A stretch of 63,713 bases of DNA, filler included, from Pirum gemmata (Eukaryota), in the NCBI GenBank assembly GCA_002812295.1. It is 22 parts of 22 records of this genome, joined end to end, with 100 filler letters (N's around TTAATTAATTAA, not from the genome) between each part and the next. Parts side by side here need not be neighbours in the genome. Positions count along the whole stretch, not along the records: positions 60,895 to 63,713 come from PDIN01004564.1; 21 more parts are not named here. One strand, given 5' to 3'. The notes under the pieces were generated by a model, which was given only the letters and a program-made list of their open reading frames with translations, was not told the DNA's origin and ran no database searches. The position numbers were made by a program, and so were the translations under genes. Of the stretch, positions 63,701 to 63,713 are shown piece by piece (the stretch's first letter is position 1; every line of letters begins with the position of its first letter).

Positions 63701-63713
63701 GATACTACTACTA

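Overview
AT-rich eukaryotic nuclear DNA with GT-AG introns, the standard code, TTAGGG-type repeats and many AAT/AAC microsatellites, most likely from a unicellular eukaryote (taxon not determinable here). The window is not contiguous. It is 22 unrelated contigs of about 2.76-2.83 kb joined by 21 artificial 100-bp linkers (44 N + TTAATTAATTAA + 44 N), so gene neighbourhood across linkers is meaningless. Recognisable genes are a half-size ABC transporter, a GT2 membrane glycosyltransferase, a secreted MACPF-like protein, a peptidase S51-family protein with a GPI-like tail, BTF3/NAC-beta, a C2H2 zinc-finger protein with a huge Q/N-rich region, a membrane protein with an integrin-beta-like double NxxF tail, and several isolated exons. 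The rest is a transposon graveyard: two Penelope-like element remnants each followed by a hammerhead-ribozyme-like motif, non-LTR retrotransposon fragments with a conserved structured 3' end, a piggyBac-type transposase remnant, many MITE families, satellites and interstitial telomeric repeats. Much intergenic DNA consists of TA-(1-4 nt)-TA words that may be accumulated transposon excision footprints. All calls come from manual reading; no database searches were run.
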